Shown here: piece after piece, positions 1 through 8,681 of the stretch
Numbering within the stretch: position 1 is the stretch's first letter
How the letters are laid out: every line of letters starts with the position of its first letter
Assembly: GCA_964518945.1 (NCBI GenBank)
Contig: CAZFLB010000181.1
Span: 1-32,081 of the forward strand
DNA from: an uncultured Acidobacteriota bacterium
GTDB lineage: Bacteria; Acidobacteriota; Vicinamibacteria; Marinacidobacterales; SMYC01
Direction: 5' to 3'
Length of the DNA: 32,081 nucleotides
The notes under the pieces: generated by a model
The model's database searches: none
What the model saw: only the letters and a program-made list of their open reading frames with translations
What the model was told of the DNA's origin: nothing
Translations under genes and position numbers: made by a program

Positions 1-2
1 CT

Positions 3-1091
3 GAAGGAATAGGAAGAGAACCTTCGTTGCTCGTTTGGCGTGGTATTTTTGACGAGATCCTTAGGGTAGGCGCAGTATCTAAAGGAGTTCGGCTAATAGA
101 TTCGATGGCTTATCGTGTTGCACGAAGTCCCTCTGGGTACGAAGTGTTTTTTGGTGAAGAGTTCAAACTTGGTTGTCGGTTTTTAGTTGATGCCTCAGGA
201 CGAACTGCCATCGTTGCAAGAAAATACAGGCTCCGAGAAAGTCGTTTCCAAACACTTGCACTGACAGCCCATTTTCGAACAGATGAGACGAATCCACCTA
301 CTGTTGTGGAGGCCATTCCGGATGGGTGGATTTGGTCTGCTCCGCTTGCGAATGGCCTCCGTGATGTGACGGTTATGCTTGAAGGCGAAGCATCTCATCA
401 AGAGGCAATCGACGCTGCACCTAATTTGTCCGATCTCGTGAAGGAGACACCACGAGTCGGTAGCATTCGAGCCATTGATGCCACGCCATATGTTTCTAGT
501 AAATTTTGTGATGATAATGTCATTTTTGTTGGTGACTCTGGTTCGTTTCTCGATCCTCTGTCAGCGCACGGTGTACACAAAGCTATGGATGCTGGGATGG
601 TTGCTGCTGTAGTTGTTCGCACTGTACTCGAGCGGCCAGCTATGGAGAGAGACGCAGTCGAGTTCTTTAGTCAAAGAGAAAGCAATATATATAAGGTAAC
701 AAAAGAACGTTTGAGTCGCCTATATCGTAGTGAGACACGTTTTGCAGCTCGCTCTTTTTGGAAACAACGCTCAGGGAGCAAAGTTGTTGATGAACCGATG
801 ATACCTAGGTTGCCCTTGCGTTCTGACATGAAACTCAGATGTGGACCGGGTGTTGAGCTTGTCGAAGCTCCGGTCCTCGAGGAAGAATTTATTGAGCGAA
901 GAACAGTCCTGATGAGTCCTGAACGAGAGCGAGCGGTTCGATATTTTGGAGAGGTGTCTCTACCTGAAGTATTTTTACACGCAACTCGATCTGAAACTGC
1001 TGCTATCGCTGCGCGCTCCGCTCCATATCCTTTTGATAAAGCTTATAAAGCTATCGATTGGCTTTATAGCTCAGGTTATCTGATAGAATGA
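3..1091 (+). CDS. qhpG: FAD-dependent monooxygenase QhpG (CTQ tryptophan hydroxylase), 5'-truncated by the window edge
   Basis: Frame is open from base 3. Flavin monooxygenase/halogenase-like motifs VDASGR, GWIWSAP, VGDSGSFLDPLSAHGV. The small C-terminal domain ending KAIDWLYSSGYLI fits the winged-helix tail of QhpG. Lies directly upstream of qhpA. Confidence 0.82.
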   Translation, partial: EGIGREPSLLVWRGIFDEILRVGAVSKGVRLIDSMAYRVARSPSGYEVFFGEEFKLGCRFLVDASGRTAIVARKYRLRESRFQTLALTAHFRTDETNPPTVVEAIPDGWIWSAPLANGLRDVTVMLEGEASHQEAIDAAPNLSDLVKETPRVGSIRAIDATPYVSSKFCDDNVIFVGDSGSFLDPLSAHGVHKAMDAGMVAAVVVRTVLERPAMERDAVEFFSQRESNIYKVTKERLSRLYRSETRFAARSFWKQRSGSKVVDEPMIPRLPLRSDMKLRCGPGVELVEAPVLEEEFIERRTVLMSPERERAVRYFGEVSLPEVFLHATRSETAAIAARSAPYPFDKAYKAIDWLYSSGYLIE

Positions 1092-1116
1092 TATTCCCTT
1101 TGTTTCACGGAGGTTC

Positions 1117-2757
1117 ATGCAGTTGAGATGCTTGAGAGTTGCAAACTCGCTTCCCTTCCTTTTGTTGTTTTTTTCAGCTTCGTCCTTTCCTGAAGACGGA
1201 TTACCGGTAACGAGTGATTTGGTTCGTAGTGCTTGCGGGCCATGCCATGATACCGATGATAAAGGGCGAATGACACGGATTTCTTATGCACGCAAGACAC
1301 CTGAAGGATGGCAGCTTACTTTGAAAAGGATGATTCGAACCAATGACCTTGACTTAACACCAGACCAAGCAAGGCAGGTCGTGCGGTATCTGTCAGATAA
1401 CCATGGACTCGCACCTGAGGAGTCTAGGCCTTATTTTTATCATGCTGAGAAAAGACCTCAGCGTGAGATTATCGCTGATCAGCAGATTGTGGACACCTGT
1501 GTACGGTGTCATACAGGTGCGCGGTTTATGACTCAACGACGCACCTCAGAAGAGTGGAAGCTGCTAAAGGGTATGCACATCGGTTATTTCCCCGTGATAG
1601 AGTCGCAAACTTTCAGGGGGCCATCACCACTTGCTGATCCTGATGCATACGATTTAGATGGCATTGAAAACAAGTGGCGGGCAGATGTTGTGCTCGAAAA
1701 ACTTGCTAGTCAGTTCCCTTTTGAAACTCCGGAGTGGAAGGCATATCGCGCTAAGGGTTCTACACGCGAAATCGAAGGCCAATGGCTTCTGAAATCACGA
1801 GAAATAGGTAAAGGTCCTATAACAGGTATAGTGGTGTTTTCTGGGTCTGAAGGGAATTATACGTACACTGCTCAGATCAACCTCTCCGATGGTAGAACTA
1901 TTGAGCGTGAGGGGAGAGGTGTTCTTTACGGAGGATTTTCGTGGCGAGGCCGTTCAACTGGCCCTGTTTTCGGTGAGCGCCGTGAAGTAATGATGCTGTC
2001 TTCTGATGGTTCGCAACTGAGTGGACGGTTGTTTTATGGAAGCTATGGTGAATTGGGTGTGGATATTAGTCTTAAGCGTATTGGCACCGATCCTAAGATT
2101 GTGGCCGTTTGGCCCCGTTCGGCAAAGACCGGTAGTGGCGAAGTGAATCTTACTGTTTACGGTGCAAACTTTACAGACGAAGACTTGACCTTTGGCCAAG
2201 GGGTACAGGTCGTAAATATCAGAAATCGCTCAAAGACGATCCTTAATGTGACGGTCAATGTTGCAGAGGATGCACTTCTAGGTTATCGCGATGTGGCTGC
2301 AGGGCTTACGCAAGCAACTAATGCATTTGCCATTTATGATAGTGTCGATTATGTGAAAGTGATTCCCGAAGAAGCCTTGGCCCGAGTTGGTGGAGTGGGT
2401 GTTCCCAAACAATATATGAAATTTGAGGCGGTGGCCTATCATCGGGGTCCGGATAATGAATCTCTTACTGAAGACGATATTAAGCTAGGTGTTGTTCAAC
2501 CCGATTGGAGTATCGAGGAGTATCACATTCGTCATGGGGATGATGATAATAAGTATGTCGGGACAATCGGAAATAATGGCTTATTCACTCCAGCCGAGGA
2601 TGGGCCGAATCCTGACCGTGAGTTGAATGCTAACAATTTTGGAGATGTTTGGATTGTCGCAAGCTATAAGCCGGATGGTGCACAATCTGTTGTGCGGGGA
2701 CGTGCACTTCTAGTAGTGAGCATTCCAGTTTTTGTTTATTGGGATCTTTTACAGTGA
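1117..2757 (+). CDS. qhpA: Quinohemoprotein amine dehydrogenase alpha subunit (diheme c)
   Basis: GGAGG RBS, signal peptide, two CxxCH motifs (CGPCH, CVRCH), family motifs RISYARKTPEGW..RM, YLSDNHGLAPEE, ARVGG, GLFTPAEDGPNPDR, NNFGD. Confidence 0.95.
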   Translation: MQLRCLRVANSLPFLLLFFSASSFPEDGLPVTSDLVRSACGPCHDTDDKGRMTRISYARKTPEGWQLTLKRMIRTNDLDLTPDQARQVVRYLSDNHGLAPEESRPYFYHAEKRPQREIIADQQIVDTCVRCHTGARFMTQRRTSEEWKLLKGMHIGYFPVIESQTFRGPSPLADPDAYDLDGIENKWRADVVLEKLASQFPFETPEWKAYRAKGSTREIEGQWLLKSREIGKGPITGIVVFSGSEGNYTYTAQINLSDGRTIEREGRGVLYGGFSWRGRSTGPVFGERREVMMLSSDGSQLSGRLFYGSYGELGVDISLKRIGTDPKIVAVWPRSAKTGSGEVNLTVYGANFTDEDLTFGQGVQVVNIRNRSKTILNVTVNVAEDALLGYRDVAAGLTQATNAFAIYDSVDYVKVIPEEALARVGGVGVPKQYMKFEAVAYHRGPDNESLTEDDIKLGVVQPDWSIEEYHIRHGDDDNKYVGTIGNNGLFTPAEDGPNPDRELNANNFGDVWIVASYKPDGAQSVVRGRALLVVSIPVFVYWDLLQ

Positions 2758-4175
2758 TGTTGAATCTTGTTCACGCAGCAGAGTTTAAGCGTTTTAGGTC
2801 AGGAGACCGTGAGTTTGCTTTCCTTATCCCTTCGTCTATGGTGCTGGAATTAGATTCGGAAGTCGGAGCAATTCTTGATTCTCTTGAAAATGGTCCAGTA
2901 CCTATAGAGAAATTGGGTAAGACTCCTCAAGCTGTTAATGCATTACGAGAGCTTGGACGCGTTGGCGCGATCCGGCGAGATGATGCTCCTGATGTTGCTA
3001 TTAGTCAACTTGCCACCCCGGAAACTCCGCCACCGCTAAGCACAATTGTACTCAATGTTACAAACAGTTGTAATCTTAGCTGCCGTTATTGCTATGAATA
3101 TGGTGATGATCGACTTGAAGCTAAAGCAGCTCCACAGATAATGAACGAAGAGACTGCGCGGCAATCGGTTGATACTCTTTTCGCAGAATCTGGACGGAAC
3201 AATAAGTTGCAGATCACATTCTTCGGTGGAGAGACTCTTTTGAACTTCAAGGTGATTCGTCCCACTGTCGAATATGCACGAAGGAGGGCAAAAGAAGAGG
3301 GCAAGTTTGTTGATTTTAGTCTTACAACCAACGCTACGCTGCTGACGAGGGACATTAGCCAATGGCTTTCTGATAATCGTATTGGGGTGACTGTGTCTAT
3401 TGATGGTCCGAAAGAGGTCCAAGATAGCATGCGAATATATGGGAAGACCAATATGGGAAGCTATGATGTTGTTGCACCGCGCATCAAGGAGCTCTTGTCC
3501 TTGTATACGACACGTCCCATTGGGGCACGAGTGACCTTGACTTCTAAATTCATCGATGTGCCACGTATTTTTTCCCATTTAACAGAAGAAATGGGTTTTT
3601 ACGAAGTAGGATTTGCTCCTGTGACATCATCGGCAGGGCTTGATTATGCAATCGATGGTGGAGGATTTGATGAATTGCTGCGCCAATTCAAGAGTTTGGC
3701 AGGTCGCTATGTCGATGCAGCCTGTAAGGGAAAGTACCTAGGCTTTTCAAATTTAAGTGACATGCTTGGAGAAATACACAAGGGCGTTTCTAAAGCTTAT
3801 CCGTGCGGTGCTGGAATCGGACTGTTGGGCGTTGCTCCCAAAGGGGAGATAGGACTTTGCCATCGTTTTGCAGGAGCCGGGGATCACGATTTTGGCCATG
3901 TATCCTCTGGGATTGATAGCAAAAAGCGTGCTGAACATCTAACTCGTGGCCATATCGATAAGCGCACAGACTGCCATACCTGTTGGGTTCGCAGTCTTTG
4001 CTCGGGGGGGTGCTACCATGAAGCCCAGGTGCGTTATGGTGATCGGTTCCGTCCCAACCTTCATTATTGTGATTGGATCCGTGAGTGGACAGCACTGGGC
4101 CTTGATGTCTATGGGGAAATCTTGACTAACAATCCGGCGTTTCTTGACAGATTTGACGAAAGGAAGGTCGCATGA
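2757..4175 (+). CDS. qhpD: Radical SAM/SPASM maturase forming Cys-Asp/Glu thioether cross-links in QhpC
   Basis: CNLSCRYC radical SAM motif, FFGGETLLNF, SPASM cysteines (PCGAG..CHRF..CHTCWVRSLCSGGC..HYC), N-terminal RRE-like region. ATG 2757 overlaps the qhpA TGA; GTG 2754 is an alternative start. Confidence 0.95.
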   Translation: MLNLVHAAEFKRFRSGDREFAFLIPSSMVLELDSEVGAILDSLENGPVPIEKLGKTPQAVNALRELGRVGAIRRDDAPDVAISQLATPETPPPLSTIVLNVTNSCNLSCRYCYEYGDDRLEAKAAPQIMNEETARQSVDTLFAESGRNNKLQITFFGGETLLNFKVIRPTVEYARRRAKEEGKFVDFSLTTNATLLTRDISQWLSDNRIGVTVSIDGPKEVQDSMRIYGKTNMGSYDVVAPRIKELLSLYTTRPIGARVTLTSKFIDVPRIFSHLTEEMGFYEVGFAPVTSSAGLDYAIDGGGFDELLRQFKSLAGRYVDAACKGKYLGFSNLSDMLGEIHKGVSKAYPCGAGIGLLGVAPKGEIGLCHRFAGAGDHDFGHVSSGIDSKKRAEHLTRGHIDKRTDCHTCWVRSLCSGGCYHEAQVRYGDRFRPNLHYCDWIREWTALGLDVYGEILTNNPAFLDRFDERKVA

Positions 4176-4501
4176 AGCATTTGAAGGCTTGTAATCGTAA
4201 GGCAGAAGCCGTATTGGAGTTTTTGGAAGCTGAAGGTGGAAGCGTTGAGGCTCTACAACAAGACCGACCGCCACACTACCCGCCGGGCTGCACAACGATT
4301 TTCTCTCCGGGATGGGAGGTTGATGTGACAGGGGGTACAGCAGCGCTTTGCCAGCCAATGGAACGAGATCTCTATGACTGTTACAAGACTTGTTTTTGGC
4401 CCGCACAGGTTCCGGATTATTTGAATAATAATCCGGATTGGCATTCGGGTTGCGCAAGTGCTACACAGGATTGGCGCAAGATCGATCTCGTTTTTCCGTA
4501 G
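4172..4501 (+). CDS. qhpC: QHNDH gamma subunit precursor (leader + CTQ-bearing core)
   Basis: MKHLK..N.KA leader; core GCTTIFSPGWEVD..LCQPMERDLYDC...CFWPAQVPD; ATGA overlap with qhpD. Confidence 0.95.
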   Translation: MKHLKACNRKAEAVLEFLEAEGGSVEALQQDRPPHYPPGCTTIFSPGWEVDVTGGTAALCQPMERDLYDCYKTCFWPAQVPDYLNNNPDWHSGCASATQDWRKIDLVFP

Positions 4502-4526
4502 TCCGAAGGTTATCGTGGAACATTGG

Positions 4527-5612
4527 ATGAAAATTATTACCCGTGTCATCGTAATAACTCTCGTTTTTGGAGCCCCCGTTTTAGCTCAAGTAGAACCTAC
4601 CGTCTTCATTTGCGGTATCTGGCCGAATAAGATTTTGTTTTTTGATCAAACCACTGATCGATTCACAGATGCTTTGCAGTTGAACCACGGCGCTGTTACC
4701 AATGCAGCGTACACAAGTGATAAAAGTCGTTTTTTTGTTGTTACCGACCGGATGGAATCTGTTGAAGTTATAGACCCGGTTCGACGGGCAGTAATTGATG
4801 AATTCAAATTATCAACTGAGAACAGAAGAGTACGTATCTTTGGTGTATTTCCTAATCGTGAAGGAACAAAAGCTTACATAACCTTCAGTGCAACGGAAAT
4901 TAAAAGTGATCGTTTTGTTCGTAACGAAGAAGCTGATGTAGTCCTCTACGACCTCCGTAAGAAAAAAATTGTCGACCAATTCAAAATTCCTGATGAGGTT
5001 GCAGTGACCGGTAGGCCTCGGATTCATATCTCTCCCGAAGAAAAATCTATTTTTTTCATCGGAAGGGACATTTATGAAATGGATGCTGAGACTCACGAAG
5101 TGGTTGACAAATTAGAAATGTCAAAACCTATTCTTTCTGGTTACGGACCATTTCGCGGAGGTTTGAGTCTCACTGAAACTCAACCTGGAATTTTCTACGG
5201 TATCTATCGCACTGTCGATCCTTTCCAGAATAAGAAGATGTTTGGTATTGCCAAGCTAGATCTTTATGAAAAACAGATCACTTCTTTCGAATTAGGGCCT
5301 CAATTAAGACTTGGGCGCTTTGCGTTGTCTGCTGATGGCAAGAGAGGTTATGCGGGTTTGCACGACATGGTTGTCGTCGATATGGAAACTAAAAAGGTTT
5401 TACTGAAAAAAGAGGGTTTTGAGCGTGGCCGGACAAATATTTCTATGATTGTTTCTTACGATGGAACTAAACTCTACGTTTCGGGAGTTGGAGACACGAT
5501 GTGGGTGTACGATGCGAACTCGCTCGAGGAAATCACGTCTGTTTTTGCAGGAGGAGATTTTATGATGCCTCCGGTAGAGATACCAAACCCGAAGACTTCT
5601 GCTTCTCACTAG
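4527..5612 (+). CDS. qhpB: QHNDH beta subunit (beta-propeller)
   Basis: Start moved to ATG 4527, which gives the signal peptide MKIITRVIVITLVFGAPVLA. YVTN-like propeller repeats (VEVIDP, ALSADGKRGY, VSYDGTKLYV, WVYDANSLEE). Position follows qhpC. Confidence 0.85.
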   Translation: MKIITRVIVITLVFGAPVLAQVEPTVFICGIWPNKILFFDQTTDRFTDALQLNHGAVTNAAYTSDKSRFFVVTDRMESVEVIDPVRRAVIDEFKLSTENRRVRIFGVFPNREGTKAYITFSATEIKSDRFVRNEEADVVLYDLRKKKIVDQFKIPDEVAVTGRPRIHISPEEKSIFFIGRDIYEMDAETHEVVDKLEMSKPILSGYGPFRGGLSLTETQPGIFYGIYRTVDPFQNKKMFGIAKLDLYEKQITSFELGPQLRLGRFALSADGKRGYAGLHDMVVVDMETKKVLLKKEGFERGRTNISMIVSYDGTKLYVSGVGDTMWVYDANSLEEITSVFAGGDFMMPPVEIPNPKTSASH

Positions 5613-5613
5613 C

Positions 5614-7323
5614 GTGGGCTTATATCGCCGGGCTCTTGGTTTTGCTTTACCATATTGGCGGCGTCTCGGTTTTGTTCTTAGCGTGTCCATCTTTGCAACA
5701 CTCCTTGGTCTTGCCCAGCCATATTTTCTTAAGGTTCTGATTGATGACGCATTCCTTGCGTCGGACTTTGAACTTCTTGTCAAAGTGTCGGCACTGCTGT
5801 TCGTTGTTTCAATAGCAAGTGTTGTCCTAAACAGTGTTTCGGGTTACCGATATATTCAGGTTTCGACTGAAGCACTTTTTGACATTCGACTACGTGTGTT
5901 TCGACATTTACAAACTTTGTCGCCTCAATTTTATTCAAAGACCCCCATGGGGGACATACTATCTCGTCTCAATAATGATGTTTCAGAAATACAACGGATG
6001 GCATCGGATACGTTCTTGTCATTATTAACAAACCTTGTCTTTCTTGTTGGTACAGTATTCATCCTGATTTTGCTGGACCCACTTTTATTTGTACTAAGCA
6101 TTGCGCTTCTCCCACCGTCAATTTGGATAATCAGGCGTTACCGGGAGCAGGTAACTGAGAAAAATCTTCGACTAAGGGAGAGCAGTGCGGATATAGGAAA
6201 TTTTCTTGTCGAGTCTTTGCTTGGGATACGAGAAACTGTAGCTTCTCTTCAAGAAGAACGGGAGGTGAAGAGGTTTAAGGACAAAAATGATCACTTCATT
6301 CGAGTACTGCTTGATCGACAACTCACAAATTACTTTGCGTCTGGTATTCCAGGAGTTCTTCTATCCGTGTCAACATTGTTAGTGTTTTTAGTTGGCGGCC
6401 ACATGGTGATTAATGGAAGTTTCACGATGGGTAGCTTTGTTGCATTTACAGCCTACCAGGCTCGTTTGTTGGGTCCCTTGTCTGGGCTAATGGGCTTGTA
6501 CTTGAGTTTGCGAGCGACGAGGGCATCTCTTGAACGCGTTTTTGAGCTTCTTGACGAACCGACCGAAGTCGTGGAAGCGAAGAACCCTATCGCTGTAACC
6601 TCTTGTCGAGGAGAGATCACTTTTGACGGGGTCTGCCTTGATTATGGTCGCGAGCCAGTTCTTAAGGATTTGAGCTTTACCGTTGGTTCAGGACAAATGA
6701 CAGCTATAGTAGGACCTAGCGGTGTTGGTAAATCAACTTTGGTGGATCTGATTCTCCGTCGTATTGATCCGAAAGAAGGAAGAGTTTTACTGGACGGTGT
6801 TGATATTACAAAACTTAAGTTAAGAGATTTAAGAAGTTCGGTTGTTGTTGTGGAACAAGAGGCTTTTTTGTGGAATGTCTCAATTGAAGAAAACATACGC
6901 TATGCAAAGCCAGAAGCGAGTAAAGGAGATGTAGTGGCAGCAGCCAAGCTTTCGGGAATCCACGAGTTCATCACGGCACTACCCCAAGGCTACCGTACGT
7001 TTGTAGGGGAGCGAGGACTGCAGCTTTCAGCTGGTCAAAAGCAAAGGGTTGCCATTGCGCGAGCCATTATTCAGGATGCTCCTGTTTTAGTTTTCGATGA
7101 GGCAACTTCGGCGCTCGATGGCGAGATAGAGAATTCGATTACGAAAGCACTTTTCAACTTGCTAACACGGCGTACAACGATACTGTTATCGCATAGATTG
7201 CAAATTGTTGCTATAGCCGATCGTGTGTTAGTTCTTGAAGCAGGCCACATCGTACAGGAAGGATCAGTGCAATCGCTTTTGGCCGAAGAGGGTGTGTTTC
7301 AACGGCTTTTCGCTAAAATATGA
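5614..7323 (+). CDS. qhpF: ABC exporter (fused TMD-NBD), gamma-subunit exporter QhpF
   Basis: Multi-TM N-terminal domain, Walker A GPSGVGKST, signature LSAGQKQR, Walker B VLVFDEATSALD, H-loop SHR. Starts 1 nt after qhpB. Confidence 0.85.
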   Translation: MGLYRRALGFALPYWRRLGFVLSVSIFATLLGLAQPYFLKVLIDDAFLASDFELLVKVSALLFVVSIASVVLNSVSGYRYIQVSTEALFDIRLRVFRHLQTLSPQFYSKTPMGDILSRLNNDVSEIQRMASDTFLSLLTNLVFLVGTVFILILLDPLLFVLSIALLPPSIWIIRRYREQVTEKNLRLRESSADIGNFLVESLLGIRETVASLQEEREVKRFKDKNDHFIRVLLDRQLTNYFASGIPGVLLSVSTLLVFLVGGHMVINGSFTMGSFVAFTAYQARLLGPLSGLMGLYLSLRATRASLERVFELLDEPTEVVEAKNPIAVTSCRGEITFDGVCLDYGREPVLKDLSFTVGSGQMTAIVGPSGVGKSTLVDLILRRIDPKEGRVLLDGVDITKLKLRDLRSSVVVVEQEAFLWNVSIEENIRYAKPEASKGDVVAAAKLSGIHEFITALPQGYRTFVGERGLQLSAGQKQRVAIARAIIQDAPVLVFDEATSALDGEIENSITKALFNLLTRRTTILLSHRLQIVAIADRVLVLEAGHIVQEGSVQSLLAEEGVFQRLFAKI

Positions 7324-7374
7324 TTGTATTTGGTCTGAAGTCATGAAAGCGCTCTGTTCAACAGGAGACTTGTT

Positions 7375-8061
7375 ATGAAACGAGTTGTCCGAGTTGGTGT
7401 GGCTGATAGTGGTATCAATCCGGCACATCGCCATGTGGGCTTGGTTGCTGATGGAGTTGGTATCAACTTTGTCGATGGTGAACTTTTGATAGACGACGAT
7501 TGGTACGATCAAATTGGGCACGGCACTGCTGCGGCAGCGACCATCTGTGGTCATGCCCCGAAAGCGGAACTATACGCGATTCGTATTTTTCGGAGACGTC
7601 TCGAGACGCCGGTTGAAACACTTCTCTATGCGATCGATTGGGCGATTGCACACAAACTCGACATCTTGAATTTAAGTCTCGGTTGTACTGATAATAGTTG
7701 TCGTAGCGATTTTGTTACTGTTTGCAACAGGGCACTAACGGCCGGTTTGTCTATAGTGTCAGCTTACGAGGTTTTTGGTAAGGCATCATTCCCAGGTTCC
7801 CTTCCGGGCGTAATTGCGGTTACTTCAGATTCTCACTTGGCACAGGACGAAATCAATGTTGTTGAAGGTGTAATAAAAGCTTCGCCTTGGGCTCGCCAGC
7901 TTGGCAATCTTCCGAAAGAGAACAATTTTCACGGTCTAAGTTTTGCTGTAGCAAATGTTTCCGGAATCGTAGCAGGTTTGCTTCAAAAGACAGACTCAAC
8001 GGACGGAATTCTCAGTTGTTTGCAAAGAAGTGTGCGGTGTACTCCCAACGACCTTAAGTAA
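7375..8061 (+). CDS. qhpE: Short cytoplasmic subtilisin-like (S8) leader peptidase QhpE
   Basis: AGGAG RBS; triad motifs VADSG, GHGT, GLSFA; NLSLG; no signal peptide or propeptide; 228 aa; end of the qhp operon. Confidence 0.85.
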   Translation: MKRVVRVGVADSGINPAHRHVGLVADGVGINFVDGELLIDDDWYDQIGHGTAAAATICGHAPKAELYAIRIFRRRLETPVETLLYAIDWAIAHKLDILNLSLGCTDNSCRSDFVTVCNRALTAGLSIVSAYEVFGKASFPGSLPGVIAVTSDSHLAQDEINVVEGVIKASPWARQLGNLPKENNFHGLSFAVANVSGIVAGLLQKTDSTDGILSCLQRSVRCTPNDLK

Positions 8062-8099
8062 CTTGCCAATGTAACTAAAGTCCGTTGTGAAGGGATAGG

Positions 8100-8681
8100 G
8101 TGATGAAAAGTTTGTTAGCTCCGATCTTAGCGGTCCATGTTATGAGCATTCCGGTATCGGTAGAACCAGCGAAAGGCGTTTTTCTCGTTGCAAAGTCAAG
8201 TATTGATGGTGGGCCGTTTCACCAAAGTGTAGTTCTATTGCTTGCCCATGATGAAGGCGGGACGTTGGGAGTTATAGTAAATCGACGTACAGAAATTCCG
8301 ATAGTGAAAGCGGTTCCGGAACTTAACTTGAGCGAACGCTCATATGAGTTTTTTTTCGGAGGTCCAGTTGGTTTAGATGGCCTCTTCTTTGTGTTCCGCA
8401 GTGATGTCCCCAGAGATAACGTAGAGTTTGTGATTAAAGGTGTTTACTTCAGTGGAGATCGCTCGCTACTTGATTCGCTGATTGACAATGATGTTAAGGA
8501 CAGTGAAATCCATTTTTTCTTGGGACACTCGGGTTGGGCACCAGGTCAGCTTGACGTGGAGATTTTGCGAGGAGACTGGCATCTTTTACATGCAGATATA
8601 TTTACTATATTTGAAAAAGACCCTTCGAAGATGTGGAAGGAACTTTCAAAAAAGAAGGGGCTTAGGGCAAGTACCTTATAA
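8100..8681 (+). CDS. YqgE/AlgH (DUF179) family protein
   Basis: FLVA..FHQSVVLL.H..GTLGVIVNR, FFGGPV, FLGHSGWAPGQL..E...GDW motifs. Confidence 0.9.
   Translation: MMKSLLAPILAVHVMSIPVSVEPAKGVFLVAKSSIDGGPFHQSVVLLLAHDEGGTLGVIVNRRTEIPIVKAVPELNLSERSYEFFFGGPVGLDGLFFVFRSDVPRDNVEFVIKGVYFSGDRSLLDSLIDNDVKDSEIHFFLGHSGWAPGQLDVEILRGDWHLLHADIFTIFEKDPSKMWKELSKKKGLRASTL

Noticed and set aside
3-1091. Tryptophan halogenase call for the first ORF
   Set aside because: The WxWxxP-like motif is shared with related flavin monooxygenases; context and the C-terminal domain fit QhpG better.
3036-4549. Long antisense ORFs over qhpD/qhpC (and similar shadow ORFs across the window, e.g. 9855-10313, 26604-27035, 30086-30496)
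   Set aside because: They overlap well-supported genes, show no motifs and have non-protein-like composition.
2757-8061. Radical SAM/SPASM + Cys-rich peptide + ABC exporter + S8 protease read as a novel sactipeptide/ranthipeptide antibiotic cluster
   Set aside because: The peptide has the QHNDH gamma-subunit motifs and is flanked by the alpha and beta subunit genes, so this is enzyme cofactor biogenesis.
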